In this document: positions 39,424-51,100 of the stretch, in pieces | How positions within the stretch are numbered: position 1 is the first letter of the stretch | Layout of the letters: the number at the start of each line of letters is the position of its first letter | NCBI GenBank assembly: GCA_030390025.1 | Contig: CM059431.1 | Location: 155,746,001-155,810,000 of the forward strand | Origin: Squalus acanthias | Taxonomy: Eukaryota | Length of the DNA stretch: 64,000 nucleotides | Reading direction: 5' to 3' | Notes under the pieces: generated by a model | Told to the model about the DNA's origin: nothing | Database searches by the model: none | Seen by the model: the letters and a program-made list of their open reading frames with translations, nothing else | Translations under genes and position numbers: made by a program

Positions 39424-40246
39424 GTGGACAAGTGCGAAGTTATCCACCTTGGGTGCAGGAACGGGAGGGCAAATTATTATTTAAATGGAAATAAATTGGG
39501 AGAGGGGGAAGTACAGAGAGACCTGGGTGTTCTTGTACACCAGTCACTGAAGGCGAGCATGCAGGTGCAACAGGCGGTCAAGAAGGCAAACAGTATGCTG
39601 GCCTTCATAGCAAAAGGGTTGGAATACAGGAACAGGGATACCTTGCTGCAGCTGTACAGGGCACTGGTGAGACCACACCTCGAGTACTGTGTACAGTTTT
39701 GGTCGCCTCATCTGAGGAAAGATGTTCTTGCCATGGAGGGGGTGCAGCGGCGATTCACCAGGCTGATACCAGGAATGGCGGGATTGACTTATGAGGAGAG
39801 ACTATGTAGTTTAGGGATGTACACACTGGAGTTTAGAAGATTGAGAGGGGACCTCATAGAAGTGTATAAAATTCTGACAGGTCTAGACAGACTAGATGCA
39901 GAAGGAATGTTTCCCTTGGCGGGTGAGAACAGAACTAGAGGACATAATTTAAGGATAAGGGCTAAACCAATTAGGACAGAAATGAGGGGGAATTTCTTCA
40001 CTCAGAGGGTGGTGAACCTGTGGAACTCATTGCCACAGAGGGCAGTGTACGCCAGCTCATTAAATATATTTAAGAGGGAATTAGATATATTTCTACAGGC
40101 AAAAGGGGTTAAGGGTTACGGAGAGAAGGCGGGGACGGGATACTGAATTGGAGGATCAGCCATGATCTCATTAAATGGCGGAGCAGGCTCGAAGGGCCGG
40201 ATGGCCTACTCCTGCTCCTATCTTCTATGTATCTATGTATGTATGT
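39424..40246 (+). mobile_element. Young 5'-truncated CR1 LINE, specific to module 2
   Basis: Intact 240 aa ORF2 C-terminus. TSD attat at 39419-39423 and 40247-40251; empty site at about 25340 in module 1. Confidence 0.93.
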
Positions 40247-40614
40247 ATTATTGAAGCATTTGCGAAGGAGCTGAACACTGTGCAATCATCAGAGACTCGC
40301 CCCAGTTCTGACCACATGAGGGATGATCATTGAAGAAGCACTTAACGATAGTTGGGCCTAGTTCGCTGCAATGTAACAAACATAGTAAAACCATGAGATG
40401 CTGTTTTCTCATTATTTAACGCATTAATTGAAGATTAAAAACAAATTAAATTGCCAGAGATATATCTCCGAGGTGCACTTAAAATTACGTTTTCATTGGT
40501 ATCGGACTGAATTTCAGAGTCACTATTGAGTGCTGGTTATATCGTTGGGTTCCACGGAATACTGTTAATATAACTCTGACTCATGACTCATTTAACACCA
40601 TCTATTTTGCATAC

Positions 40615-40775
40615 CTCATGATCTGTTTCAGTAAACAGTTTTACATCAAAACGCATCTGACTTACAGCCTTCACGAATTCTTCATTTGAATGTTCTGGTC
40701 TCTGACGGTAGCCCTCGAGAATTGTCGGCAGCTGGATATCCGTGAAGCTCTTCTGCATCAGTAAGGTTTTAGTAT
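40615..40775 (-). CDS. Death-fold/CARD-like exon A, module 2 (phase 1 to 0)
   Basis: Splice sites tttcag|AT and GAG|GTATGC; 161 nt, open. Reads (D)TKTLLMQKSFTDIQLPTILEGYRQRPEHSNEEFVKAVSQMRFDVKLFTETDHE. Confidence 0.78.
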
Positions 40776-41834
40776 CTGAAATTAATATCAAGGTGTAAAT
40801 GAGAACAGATTAAAATATTGAGCCCGCTATTAAACAATGAATTATCTGGACCAAATGATATAGCAACAACATTTCTTAAAGCCTTTCAAGCAGTGATAGC
40901 GCCAGTGGCGCCTCACAGAGGAGGAATTCAGAATTTAAGCTGTCTCTTTTCGGTATAGTTAGGAGGAACGACTCAATGCTTGCAGAATTCGGAGGCTGGT
41001 TAAAGTTAGTAAGAAATCGAAAGAGGGGTGTTATTAGGAATGGAGTCAGTGGGATTGACATCTTTGCCTGGAGTGTGGAGCAGAAGAACCGATACACTAG
41101 AAAACTCCGCGAGGGAGAGGTGTGCAACAGAGGGGATGCTGAGAAGACTGTAGGGATAAGATGGGTAGAGCTGTACATTTATTGGAAGATGAGTAGGACC
41201 ATTTCACACATGATCAATTTGGGATAAGAAGTGAATGTGATTCAGTGACCAAGTGGTTTACGGACCTGTGGGTGAATTTGAATTTAAGCAATTGAGCTGT
41301 AGACAAGCTGGAGATTATAACGGGCTAGGCCCAAAGGTCGTGTGAGGAATGGAGTCTAAAGTTCCCAAAAGCATGGATAACGTACAAGCAAATATTCTTA
41401 TGGAAGTGCATGTCCAGAAAATAACCTATGATTGTTCCTGACAGTGTTCTGAGATTCCAGGTTAGCTTTAAAGCCTTGGAATCAGCAGATGCTGTTGAGC
41501 AATTAGACATAGTCGTGACTTTCTCACATGTTTGCCTGCAGAGCTAATAAACAATATACAGAGATTTATAGTATGAAACACTAAATGCAATTTCATTCGT
41601 GCTTCCATTTTTCCTTCTTTATTAAAGGAAGACTAAATTGTGAAACAGGAAATGAGAAATTGAAATATTGTGAAGCCAACAGGCAGTCACACTAAACTTT
41701 ACGAATATCAATACACCGAGTACAGGAAACAAAACTTTGGGAAAATAGTTTTCATTATCAATCGAAAATAATCACACAAAGACAAATACTTTAGCTTAGA
41801 CATGACTGTATCTAGTACAGCTCCGCAATTAAAT

Positions 41835-42830
41835 CTCCTCTCAACCTTCTCTGCACTAAGCAGAACAAAACCAGCTTCTCCAGTCAATCAACATAACCAA
41901 AGTCACTCATCCCTGGAACCATTCTTGTAAATCTTTCCTGCACCCTATCTCAGGCCTTCACATTCTTCCTAAAGAGCGTTGCCCAGAATTGGGCACAATA
42001 CTCCAGTTGAGCTCGAGGGAGTCTTTAATAAAGGTTCATTATAACCTCTTTGCTTTTGTACTCTATTATTTTATTTATGAAGCACAGTCTCCCGTAAGCT
42101 TTTTAACAACTTTCTCAACCAGCCCTGATAACTTCAACGATTTGTGCACAAATACCCCCAGGTCCCTCTGATCATGCAGCCCGTTTAGAAATGTACCCTT
42201 TATTTAATATTGCCTCTCCTAGTTCTTCCTACCAAAATATATAATTTCGCACGTATCTACGTTAAATTACTTCTTCCACAGGTCCGCCCATTCCACCAGC
42301 CTGTCTATGTTTTCTTGAAGTCTGCCATTTTGTTCTCACTCTTCACTATACTTCCAAATATTGTGTGAGCTGCAAATTTTGAAATTGTGCGCGGTACACC
42401 CAAGTCCAAATCATAACTATATATCCAGAAAAGCAGTGGTCCTAGTACCGACCCCAGGGGAACACCTTCCTCCACTCCGAAAGACAACCGTTCCCCAATA
42501 CTATCTGTTTATTGTCACTTAGCCAATTTCGTATCGAAGCTGCCACTGTCCCATTTACTCCATGGGTTTCAACTTTGCTCTCAAGCCAATTAAGTGGCAC
42601 TTTATCAAACGTCTTTTGGAAGTCCATGTACACCACGTCAACCACATCGCCCTCAAAACAGCCCCCCCCCAACCCTCTCTGTTACCGCATCAAAAAAATC
42701 AATCAAGTTAGTTAAACACGATTTGCCTTTGAAAAATCCGTGCTGACTTTCTTTAAGAAATCCGAACTTGTCCAAGTAACTGTTAATTTCCCCCCGATTT
42801 ATTTGTTTCTAAATGAGTCCCCATTAACGA
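41835..42830 (-). mobile_element. Internal CR1 RT fragment paralogous to about 34180-35170
   Basis: Contains DFQKTFDKVP, and shares a diagnostic short deletion with the 34.8 kb copy. Confidence 0.85.
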
Positions 42831-42835
42831 AGTTG

Positions 42836-43592
42836 CGGAGCAGAAGAACCGATACACTAGAGACCACAACGAGGGAGAGTTGTGTAACAGAGCGGATGTT
42901 AAGAAGACTGTATGGATAAGGTTGGTGAGGCCGTAGATTTAGTTGAAGGTGAGTAGGACCATTTCACACATGATCAATTTGGGATAAGAATTGAATATAA
43001 GTCACTGACCAAGTGGTTTACGGAACTGAGGGTGAATTTGAATTTAAGCAATAGAGATGTCGATAAGCTGGAGTTTATGACGGGCTAGTCCCAAAGGTCG
43101 TTTGATAAATCGAGGATAAAACTCACAAAAGCATGGATAAAGTACAAGCAAATATTCATATGGAAAGGCATCATCAGAAAAAAATTACTTATAATTGTTC
43201 CTGACGGTGATCTGAGACTCCAGGTTACATTTAATGTCTTGGAATCCGCAGATGCTGTTGAACAATTAGACATAGTCGTGACTTTCACATGTTTGCCTGA
43301 AGAGCTAATACATAACATAAAGAGATTAATAGTACGAAATACTAAATGCAACTTTATTAGTGCTTCCATTTTTCCTACTTTATTTTCAGGAAGACTAAAT
43401 TCTGCAACAGCAACGGAGAAATGGAAATATTTTGAAGCCAACAGGCAGTTACACTAAACTTTACGAATATCAATACACCGAGTACAGGAAACAAAATGTT
43501 GGGAAATAGTTTTCATTATCAATAGAAATTTTCACACAAAGACAAATACTTTAGCTTAGACATAACTGTAGCTAGTACAGTTCCACAATTAA
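42836..43592. repeat. Local direct duplication of about 41078-41832
   Basis: ggagcagaagaaccgatacactaga ... tagtacag.tcc.caattaaat is present twice in module 2 and once in module 1. Confidence 0.88.
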
Positions 43593-43921
43593 ATGGACCC
43601 GAGCATAAAACGTCAAAAGGATGGGTCGGGGAGTGTTTTGGAGAAAGTCGTGAGAGGTAGCTCTACTAAATAAAGACAATATCTCATCAACAACAATAAC
43701 AACACCCTTAACGTGATATAAAGTACTCCAATGCAACTCAAGGAAGTATTATTGAGGCATGAACACACGCATGCTGGCCGAAGAAAGAGATTGTAAGGGT
43801 TCAGGAAGAATTACATTGATTGTAGTCAAAAAAGGGAGTTTTAAGCAGACGCTTAAGGGATTAACCGGGCTCTAGAAGCGGAGGTGTTTATGGAGGGAAT
43901 AACAGGGTGCGAGGCATATAC

Positions 43922-44149
43922 CTCTTTCTCCATCAGAAATGTAACTCTCTTCTTCAATATTTGTATTTCCTGCATCATTAATGCCCGGAGAAGAACACGC
44001 ATTGTTTTCCTTACCCAGCGGTGTGTCATCATTTCTGCCATCATGTGTCTGCTTTATCGAAGAATAAGGGCCAAGGAATATTAATAGCCCCAGCAGTGTT
44101 AAAACGAGTAAGCTGTATCGTCCGAACATTATTGCAGTATCGTCAATCA
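43922..44149 (-). CDS. Exon with a predicted transmembrane helix, module 2 (phase 1 to 1)
   Basis: Splice sites aatttacag|TG and AGAG|GTATAT; 228 nt, open. Reads (V)IDDTAIMFGRYSLLVLTLLGLLIFLGPYSSIKQTHDGRNDDTPLGKENNACSSPGINDAGNTNIEEESYISDGER. Confidence 0.7.
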
Positions 44150-45206
44150 CTGTAAATTATACAACAACTGTTGAGCTGTTGTAATTCATGTAAACTTTGA
44201 CAATTAAAACAATCTAAATCAATGTTAAAAGCTCCAGACGCAATAACTTCCGTTTATCGTTTGCGTACCGCATTGTTCAGTTTACTTTTTAATATCCTCT
44301 GCTGTTTTCACGCTTTTTCTTTGTCAGGTAATCGCAATCTTGTGCATTTCTACACTTTGCCTGAATAACGGGTTTATAAGGTCTCACCTAGAGGTTTATG
44401 AGAGAAGAATGCGAACTGTGGCTCGGCTGAATGTGCACTTATTTTCATCTATTAGTTCAAAAGTTAGCATTATTCTCACACAACAATTAGCAATCGGTAA
44501 TATATTCCAGCCAATACTTATTGGGATATCGCCATTAAATCTGCTTTTGGGTTCTGAATCGTTAGGATTTTCCTGTTATCATTAAAATCGACAAAATTCA
44601 CTGCTGATGCTGTTTGCTTCTGCTACAAGTTTGGTCTGCTTAGAGGCAGAAGCCTCATTTTCCCAATTTATATTCCCACAACAGTAGGATGTACTTTTAC
44701 AGATATGCGCTTGCTCCTGATTCCCAACTACAGACTCAGTCATTCTAATTAACTTGTTTTTATAACTGCTGGTAGAAATATATGAACCATTGATTGAAAT
44801 ACTGAATTAACCGGAAGTGGTTATGAAATCTACTTTTAAATTGAAGTCTCTTCAGTTACACTTGAAGTCTTTTAAACGTCTAATAATAAATCGTTCGTGC
44901 TTTAATTGTACATTGTTATTTTGTGACTAAATATGCTATTACTTTTAAATCCGCCGATTTACCAGCATTTTTAAGAACTGTTCAGACTTCTAAACATTGT
45001 TCTTCGATTTCCCTACTAATTATGAATCAATAGCCGTATTTTAAATATACGAATTGAAACGTTATCGCAACAATCAACGCCGATCCTGTCAACAGTGGAA
45101 TTAAGTTTACCATTAAGTAATGGGATTAGATTAATGGAGTGGTAGGGGAATAAACTGACTCCGAATGGCTGGAAGCTGAAGAAGGACTTTAGAATACGTT
45201 GCAGAT

Positions 45207-45319
45207 AGTAGATTGGCAGTTAGGATCAGATCAGCCATGATCTTATTGAATGGCGGAGCAGGCTCGAGGGGCCAATTGGCCTACACCTGCTCCTATTTCT
45301 TATGTTCTTATGTTCTTAT
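45207..45319 (+). mobile_element. Very short CR1 3' terminal insertion
   Basis: Near-identical to 53047-53160. Empty site gcagataaacactc at about 31240. Confidence 0.88.
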
Positions 45320-45850
45320 AAACACTCTAAAATGAAGTATTAATGTTGCAGATATGAATCAGCTTTAAATTACTTTGCCGTGCCTGGTACTTATTGTAAT
45401 TTCCCTTTGCTAGTTCTTGCCAGAAACAGAGTAAAGAAAGTAGTATCCTTTGCAATCAGTGACCACATTGGGCGTCTACCGTTGGCAATATTATTCAGTC
45501 AGTCCGTTCATGCTGCAGCACCTTTTACCTGACTCAGGTGCTCTGCAATAAACCACGCTCCTCATTATTCCGTTTGTCTTTTAAGCCCAACTACTAGCGG
45601 ATCAACGCCATATTCATTCATAATTCGCGTTACTTCCGTACTCTACTTCCTGCAGGTTTCTGCCCACTTCATCTTATTTTCTTTTTGACATTCCATGCTT
45701 CACTTCCTTCTAATAATTCACATTGCTGTTGCTTTTCCCTCCTTTCTCCCCATCGGCACCGAAGCCTCCTCTTGAACTTCCTCACTTAACCGGGATCCTT
45801 CTGTGATTTATCTGAACGTAATTTGTCAACTGATAAAAGTAATCTCTTCC

Positions 45851-45964
45851 CTTTATTGACAGGAATGTTGCAGGGGCCGTCTACTGCGGCGGCCGAATCA
45901 GTATCCACCGCCTGACACATTTCTACGCAATTAGTTTCCAGTAGCACAAAGATCAAGAACGTGG
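45851..45964 (-). pseudogene. Leader exon of module 2 with both splice sites mutated
   Basis: 114 nt paralog of 31774-31887. The acceptor is AA instead of AG and the donor is GG instead of GT. Confidence 0.6.
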
Positions 45965-48186
45965 TTAAAATGAAAGAAAAACTATTTAACATCTAAATGA
46001 ATGACCAAGAGGGTTAGCAAGTTGCATTGTGAACTTATCCAGCCTAAACCTGTCCGTAATATGAGCCGATATACACTGGAAATTTCTTCCCACGTTTCCG
46101 CTAATCACTTGCTCAAACAGGAATTGGATTTGATCATGTACCCACTTGACTGTGGACCGTGCCAGCACACACTTGGGGTTATTTTACCTTTTTCCGATAG
46201 TGGTAGACGGGGGATAGTGGCTCGGAGATAAACCTCTCGAGGTCGCATATCGTCCATGTTACACGAGCGTCATAAGCTTAACTTACCCCCAATAGTTATG
46301 GATGGATTCTTCCCGTTATCAGAATTCACAGGGGATGTTGAAAATGTGTTCCTTAGAGACTTCGCCATGTGTCAATATGTAGCTTAGTGGAATTTCAAAG
46401 CTATGGTAATAATGTCGCATTCACGGACAGGCTCTGTTATCCCTCGGCCTCGGTTTCCAGGTTTGCTAACCTGGTTTTGGTTCTGGCACTGTAGGTACAA
46501 ACATAGTAAACTGCAGAATTGTATTAGTTTATTCATTGCATGTATGAGGAGAAATAGCATAGGAGTGGAACTTATTGGCGAGCTCTTCCTAACCGCCAGC
46601 ACAGGAAAGATTGGTCGAATGGGCGCCACCGATATTAAGTTGCTATCCATCGATTTTTACGGTCATTTTTGTAACAGGAGTAGGCGTTTAAGAACCTTGA
46701 TCATGTTCCGCCATTCAATTAGATAATTGCTTATCTGCGTCTTAACTCCATCAAATCTACTTTGTTCCGTATCCATTAATATGATTCGCCATCCAAAATC
46801 TATTGAAGTCAGGTTTAAAATTAGGATGCGTCCATTTGCAACAGCAAATTTCTGATTGGACTATTGGAGGACAAGACCATGTTTCTAATTGGTCAACTTG
46901 TAGGACAAGACTCACCCAGCAGTTTGCTTGCAATATGTAATTAGATCCTGCCTGCCTGAGTAATCAACATCTTTGCAATATGTATTTGATCCATTCATTT
47001 TGACAGCCAGGCTCCAGAGCAAACAGTGCTAACACTACTGCTTTCAGAGAACAGACATAGCTCACCCTCCAGGGTTACGAGCTCTCACAGCGTTTACACT
47101 GTTATGTTCAGATAGGAAGGGGTGAGGACATGGATGGAATTCAAAATAAGGATGAACTTTTTCAAATCAAGCTGTGGTGGACCATGAGCCAATCAATGTT
47201 TCCGCCATTTTTGTGGGTGCGACTCCTTTTAGGGCTGCGCGACTCATAAAAACTATTGCATGAGCGGGCTGATCCAGGTCGAACACTGGGAGAACGAGAT
47301 CCATCTTCCCATCTGGATCACCTTCTTGCTCTCATCTCCGCCCTTTAGAACTGGATCTCATTAATCCCCCTCCTCACTTTTCTCACAGTGCTCCGCACAA
47401 CAACCTATTGACCTGCCCCCCGGAGTGGGATATGATGGCCCGCTTCCCGGCTTCCTGACCTTCACCCCCCCAACAGGTTCCTGACATTGTCTCTCGTCGA
47501 CATCCTGAAATTCCCCGCCACTCCCGGCACCCCGCCGAATCCCTGAACTTCTCTTCTCGGATTCCTGACCTGCACCCCATACCCCGACAGAGGTCCTGAC
47601 CTTTCCTCTATGAGTTTCTGACCTTCGCCCCAGCCCACTACCATCCGAACATTGACCTTCTCCACAGGGAGCCGAGGAAAGCTTGACAGTTGAGGCTGCA
47701 CATGTGCGATTCCTGTGGGGCGGGAAACTTGAATTCTGAATAAAGGGATCGTGTATGAGTGGAGTCTGTGTGTGTGAGGGCGTCTCTGTGTGGGGTGCGT
47801 GTGTGGGTTTGTCTATGCTAGTTTGCCAGAAGCATTTTATTCCCTTCAACTTCTCGAATTGACGTGGTATCTCATATTGAAATGGAATACTTTACACTTG
47901 AGTTGAATACGAATATATCTCGTTCATAGGATATTTTATTTGTAAGTTCGAAACAATCTAAAATACATTTGTTCAAGTATATTAACTTGTTGTGATGCAC
48001 AAACATCGGTGTGGACTAAAATTGCAACAGTAAACTCATTTCCATTGTAAGTACCATGCGTAATATAAAGTTTAATTGCTAATACTTATCAGTAACAACG
48101 TTATCTGGAAGTTAAATTTGGAATAATTACAGTGCACCTATTCATAACTGTTATAATACCTAACCATATTGAATGTAATTGTTTAA

Positions 48187-51100
48187 ACTAGAGTGCAGTT
48201 TGTCACGGAGTGCAGATTTGGAATAGAGTGCTAAGCTGCGAGTTTGGTGAGTGAGGGAGTAACTCTTAAAGGTTAATCTCTTATTTTTATAAATTCTAGT
48301 CTTGTGTGCTTGCAATTAGCATTTAAATTTACTGTTTCAATTTTTAAGTTTCTTCCAGGCTTGGGCAGGGCTAAGCAAGCTCTGTGCTGGAGAGCAGGTG
48401 ATAGTAATTAATTAATTAACTGGTCTAATCGAGTTCTGTAACTGCCAGAGAGCTCACTTATTTAAATCTCAGCAGTATAAATAAGGGAGACTAGAGTGCA
48501 GTTTGTCACAGAGTGCAGATTTGGAATAGAGTGCTTAGCTGCGAGTTTGGTGAGTGAGTGAGTGAGTTCGGGGAGGGAGGTGTGCCTTTCTTTTTCCATC
48601 TTTGTCAGGTTCCTGGTGCGGCGGCGGACCTGTGTGAGGCGAGGCGGCGGCAAAGGGTTTAAAAGGCTCCAGAGACCAGGTAAGGCGGGACCAGTCTCCG
48701 AACTCGGAGGGAGGGAGAGAGGTAAAAATAATCGAGGTGTGACGTCACCAGAAAGCAGGTAATAATTGGTTGGTGAGTATTTCTCTCTTTTTAAACTTAA
48801 ACTCTGTGGGTTATAGTTAATAAGGCCTTTCTGGTGCAGAGTGACTGTTGGTAAACCATTTAACTGGTGTAATTTAGAGGGATTGATTTAATTTAAATCC
48901 AATTAATTAGAGGGGATACTAGCATCTATAATCGGGCAGAGTGTCCATAACTAACAATATTTTTTTTTAATTAATTACGTAGAATGGAGCAGGTGATGTG
49001 TTACTGTTGCGAGATGTGGGAGCCAGTGGACCCCATTGAGGCTCACGGTGATTATATCTGTGACAAGTGTCTGCTGCTAAAGTAATTCAACTCCGTATTG
49101 ATGAGCTGGAGTCTGAGCTTCAGACACTGCGACACATCAGGGTGGGGGAGAAGTACCAGAACTTTGTGTTTCAGGAGGTGGTCACACCTATGAAGTCAAT
49201 TAATTCAGATGTAGCCCATGATCAGGGACAGGACGGTGTGACTACGAGTGAGGCAGGTATAGAAATCCAGGAGGTAGTGTTGGAGGAGCCGCAGCCCTTG
49301 CTCTTGTCCAACAGGTTCGAGGTTCTTACTCCCTGTGGGGACAGGATCAGGGACTGCAGGGAGGATGAGCAACCTGGCCACAGCACCGTGGAACTTCAAG
49401 AGGGGGGAGTAAATAGAAATGTTGTAGTGGTAGGGGATAGTATTATTAGGGGGATAGATAGAGTTCTCTGCAGCCGAGAGCAAGAGTCCCGTAAGCTGTG
49501 TTGCCTGCCCGGTGCCAGGGTTAAGGACATCTCCTCTGGGCTGGAAAGAAACTTGCAGTGGGAGGGGGTGGATCCAGTTGCCGTGGTCCATGTTGGTACA
49601 AACGACGTAGATAGGACAAGGAAGCAGGTTATGTTAAAGGAGTATGAGCAGCTACGGGTCAAATTAAAAAACAGAACCTCAAGGGTATTAATCTGTGGAT
49701 TATTACCTGAGCCACGAGCGAATTTGGCTAGGAAAAATAAAATTAGAGAGTTAAATGAGTGGCTCAAAGACTGGTGTGGGAGAAATGGGTTTTGCTTCCT
49801 GGGACACTGGCACCAGTACTGGGGCCGGAGGGAGCTGTTCCGTTGGGACGGGCTTCACTTGGCCAGTGCTGGGACTAGATTCCTGGCGGATCATATAACT
49901 AGGGCTGTAGAGAGGGCTTTAAACTAACTAGTGGAGGTGGGGGGGGGGAGGTTCCTAGAGAGCAAATAATAAAAATGACAACAGAGAAGGTCATAGACTT
50001 AGGTAGCAGTGGGGAAATTAAAAACCAGAGTGCGTCAGGAAGGGGAGAAGGTATGGAGTAAAAGGTAAAGTAATAAAAAGGGCAAAAGCAGGAACTAAGT
50101 GTCACAAAACATATTTGAAAGTTCTCTATCTGAATGCACGCAGCATTCGTAACAAAATAGATGAGTTAATGGCACAAATAACTACATATGGGTATGATCT
50201 TGTGGCCATTACAGAAACATGGCTGCAGGGTGACAATGCCTTGGAATTAAACATACCAGGTTATTTAACGATCAGGAAGGACAGGCAGGAAGGAAGGGGA
50301 GGTGGGGTGGCTATGTTAATAAAGGAAGGAATCTCTGCAATACAGAGAAATGATATTGGGTTAAAAGATCAGGATAATGAAACAGTTTGGGTGGAGATAA
50401 GGAATAATAAGGGGAAAACAACATTAGTGGGCGTAGTCTATAGGCCTCCGAACAGTTGCAACTCTGTTAGACGGAGTATCAATCAGGAAATAGTTGAGGC
50501 TTGTAATAAGGGAACATCTTTAATTATTGGGGATTTTTAACATCATATTAATTGGACAAATCAGATTGGGCATGGCTGCCTTGAAGATGAGTTCATTGAG
50601 TGTATTAGGGATGGGTTTCTTGAGCAGTATGTAACTGAACCGACCAGGGGGCAAGCAACCTTAGATCTGGTCCTGTGTAACGAGACAGGATTAATTAAAA
50701 ATGTCTTAGTAAAGGATCCTCTTGGAATGAGTGACCATAACATGGTTGAATTCCATATTCAATTAGAGGGTGAGAAGGTTGGATCTCAAACAAGCGTGCT
50801 AAGCTTGAATAAAGGAGACTATGAAGGTATGCGACCAGAATTGAGTAGTGTGGATAGGGAAAATAGATTAAAGGGTAAGACGATACATGATCAGTGGTGT
50901 ACATTTAAGGAGTTATTTTACAACTTCCAAAACATATATATTCCACTGAGAAGAAAAGGGTGTAAAGGAAAAGAAAGTCACCCATGGCTAAGTAAAGAAA
51001 TTAAGGATAATATTCGACTAAAAACAAGGGCTTATAAGGTAGCAAAATCTAGTGGGTGGATAGAGGATTGGGAAAACTTTAAAAGACAGCAAAAAATAAC

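Larger units (their letters stand above)
33190..46885. repeat. Tandem segmental duplication, module 2 (paralog of about 14330-32790)
   Basis: Colinear unique sequence. Examples: 19220 with 33590, 23010 with 37080, 24390 with 38460, 30300 with 44260, and 32755-32792 with 46845-46882. Confidence 0.92.

Noticed and set aside
45786..45992. ORF MLNSFSFILTTFLIFVLL.. as a signal peptide
   Set aside because: The hydrophobic start is largely read-through of the polypyrimidine tract of a mutated acceptor. The module 1 paralog has a stop/AG there and is not hydrophobic.
47361..47849. 162 aa minus-strand ORF
   Set aside because: No recognisable motif, a non-ATG start, and GC-rich sequence that is open in several frames by chance.
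49067..49927. SGNH/GDSL esterase as a host gene or bacterial transfer
   Set aside because: It is the known esterase-type ORF1 of CR1-group LINEs, directly upstream of APE-RT. It recurs at about 15.4 kb and 63.2 kb.
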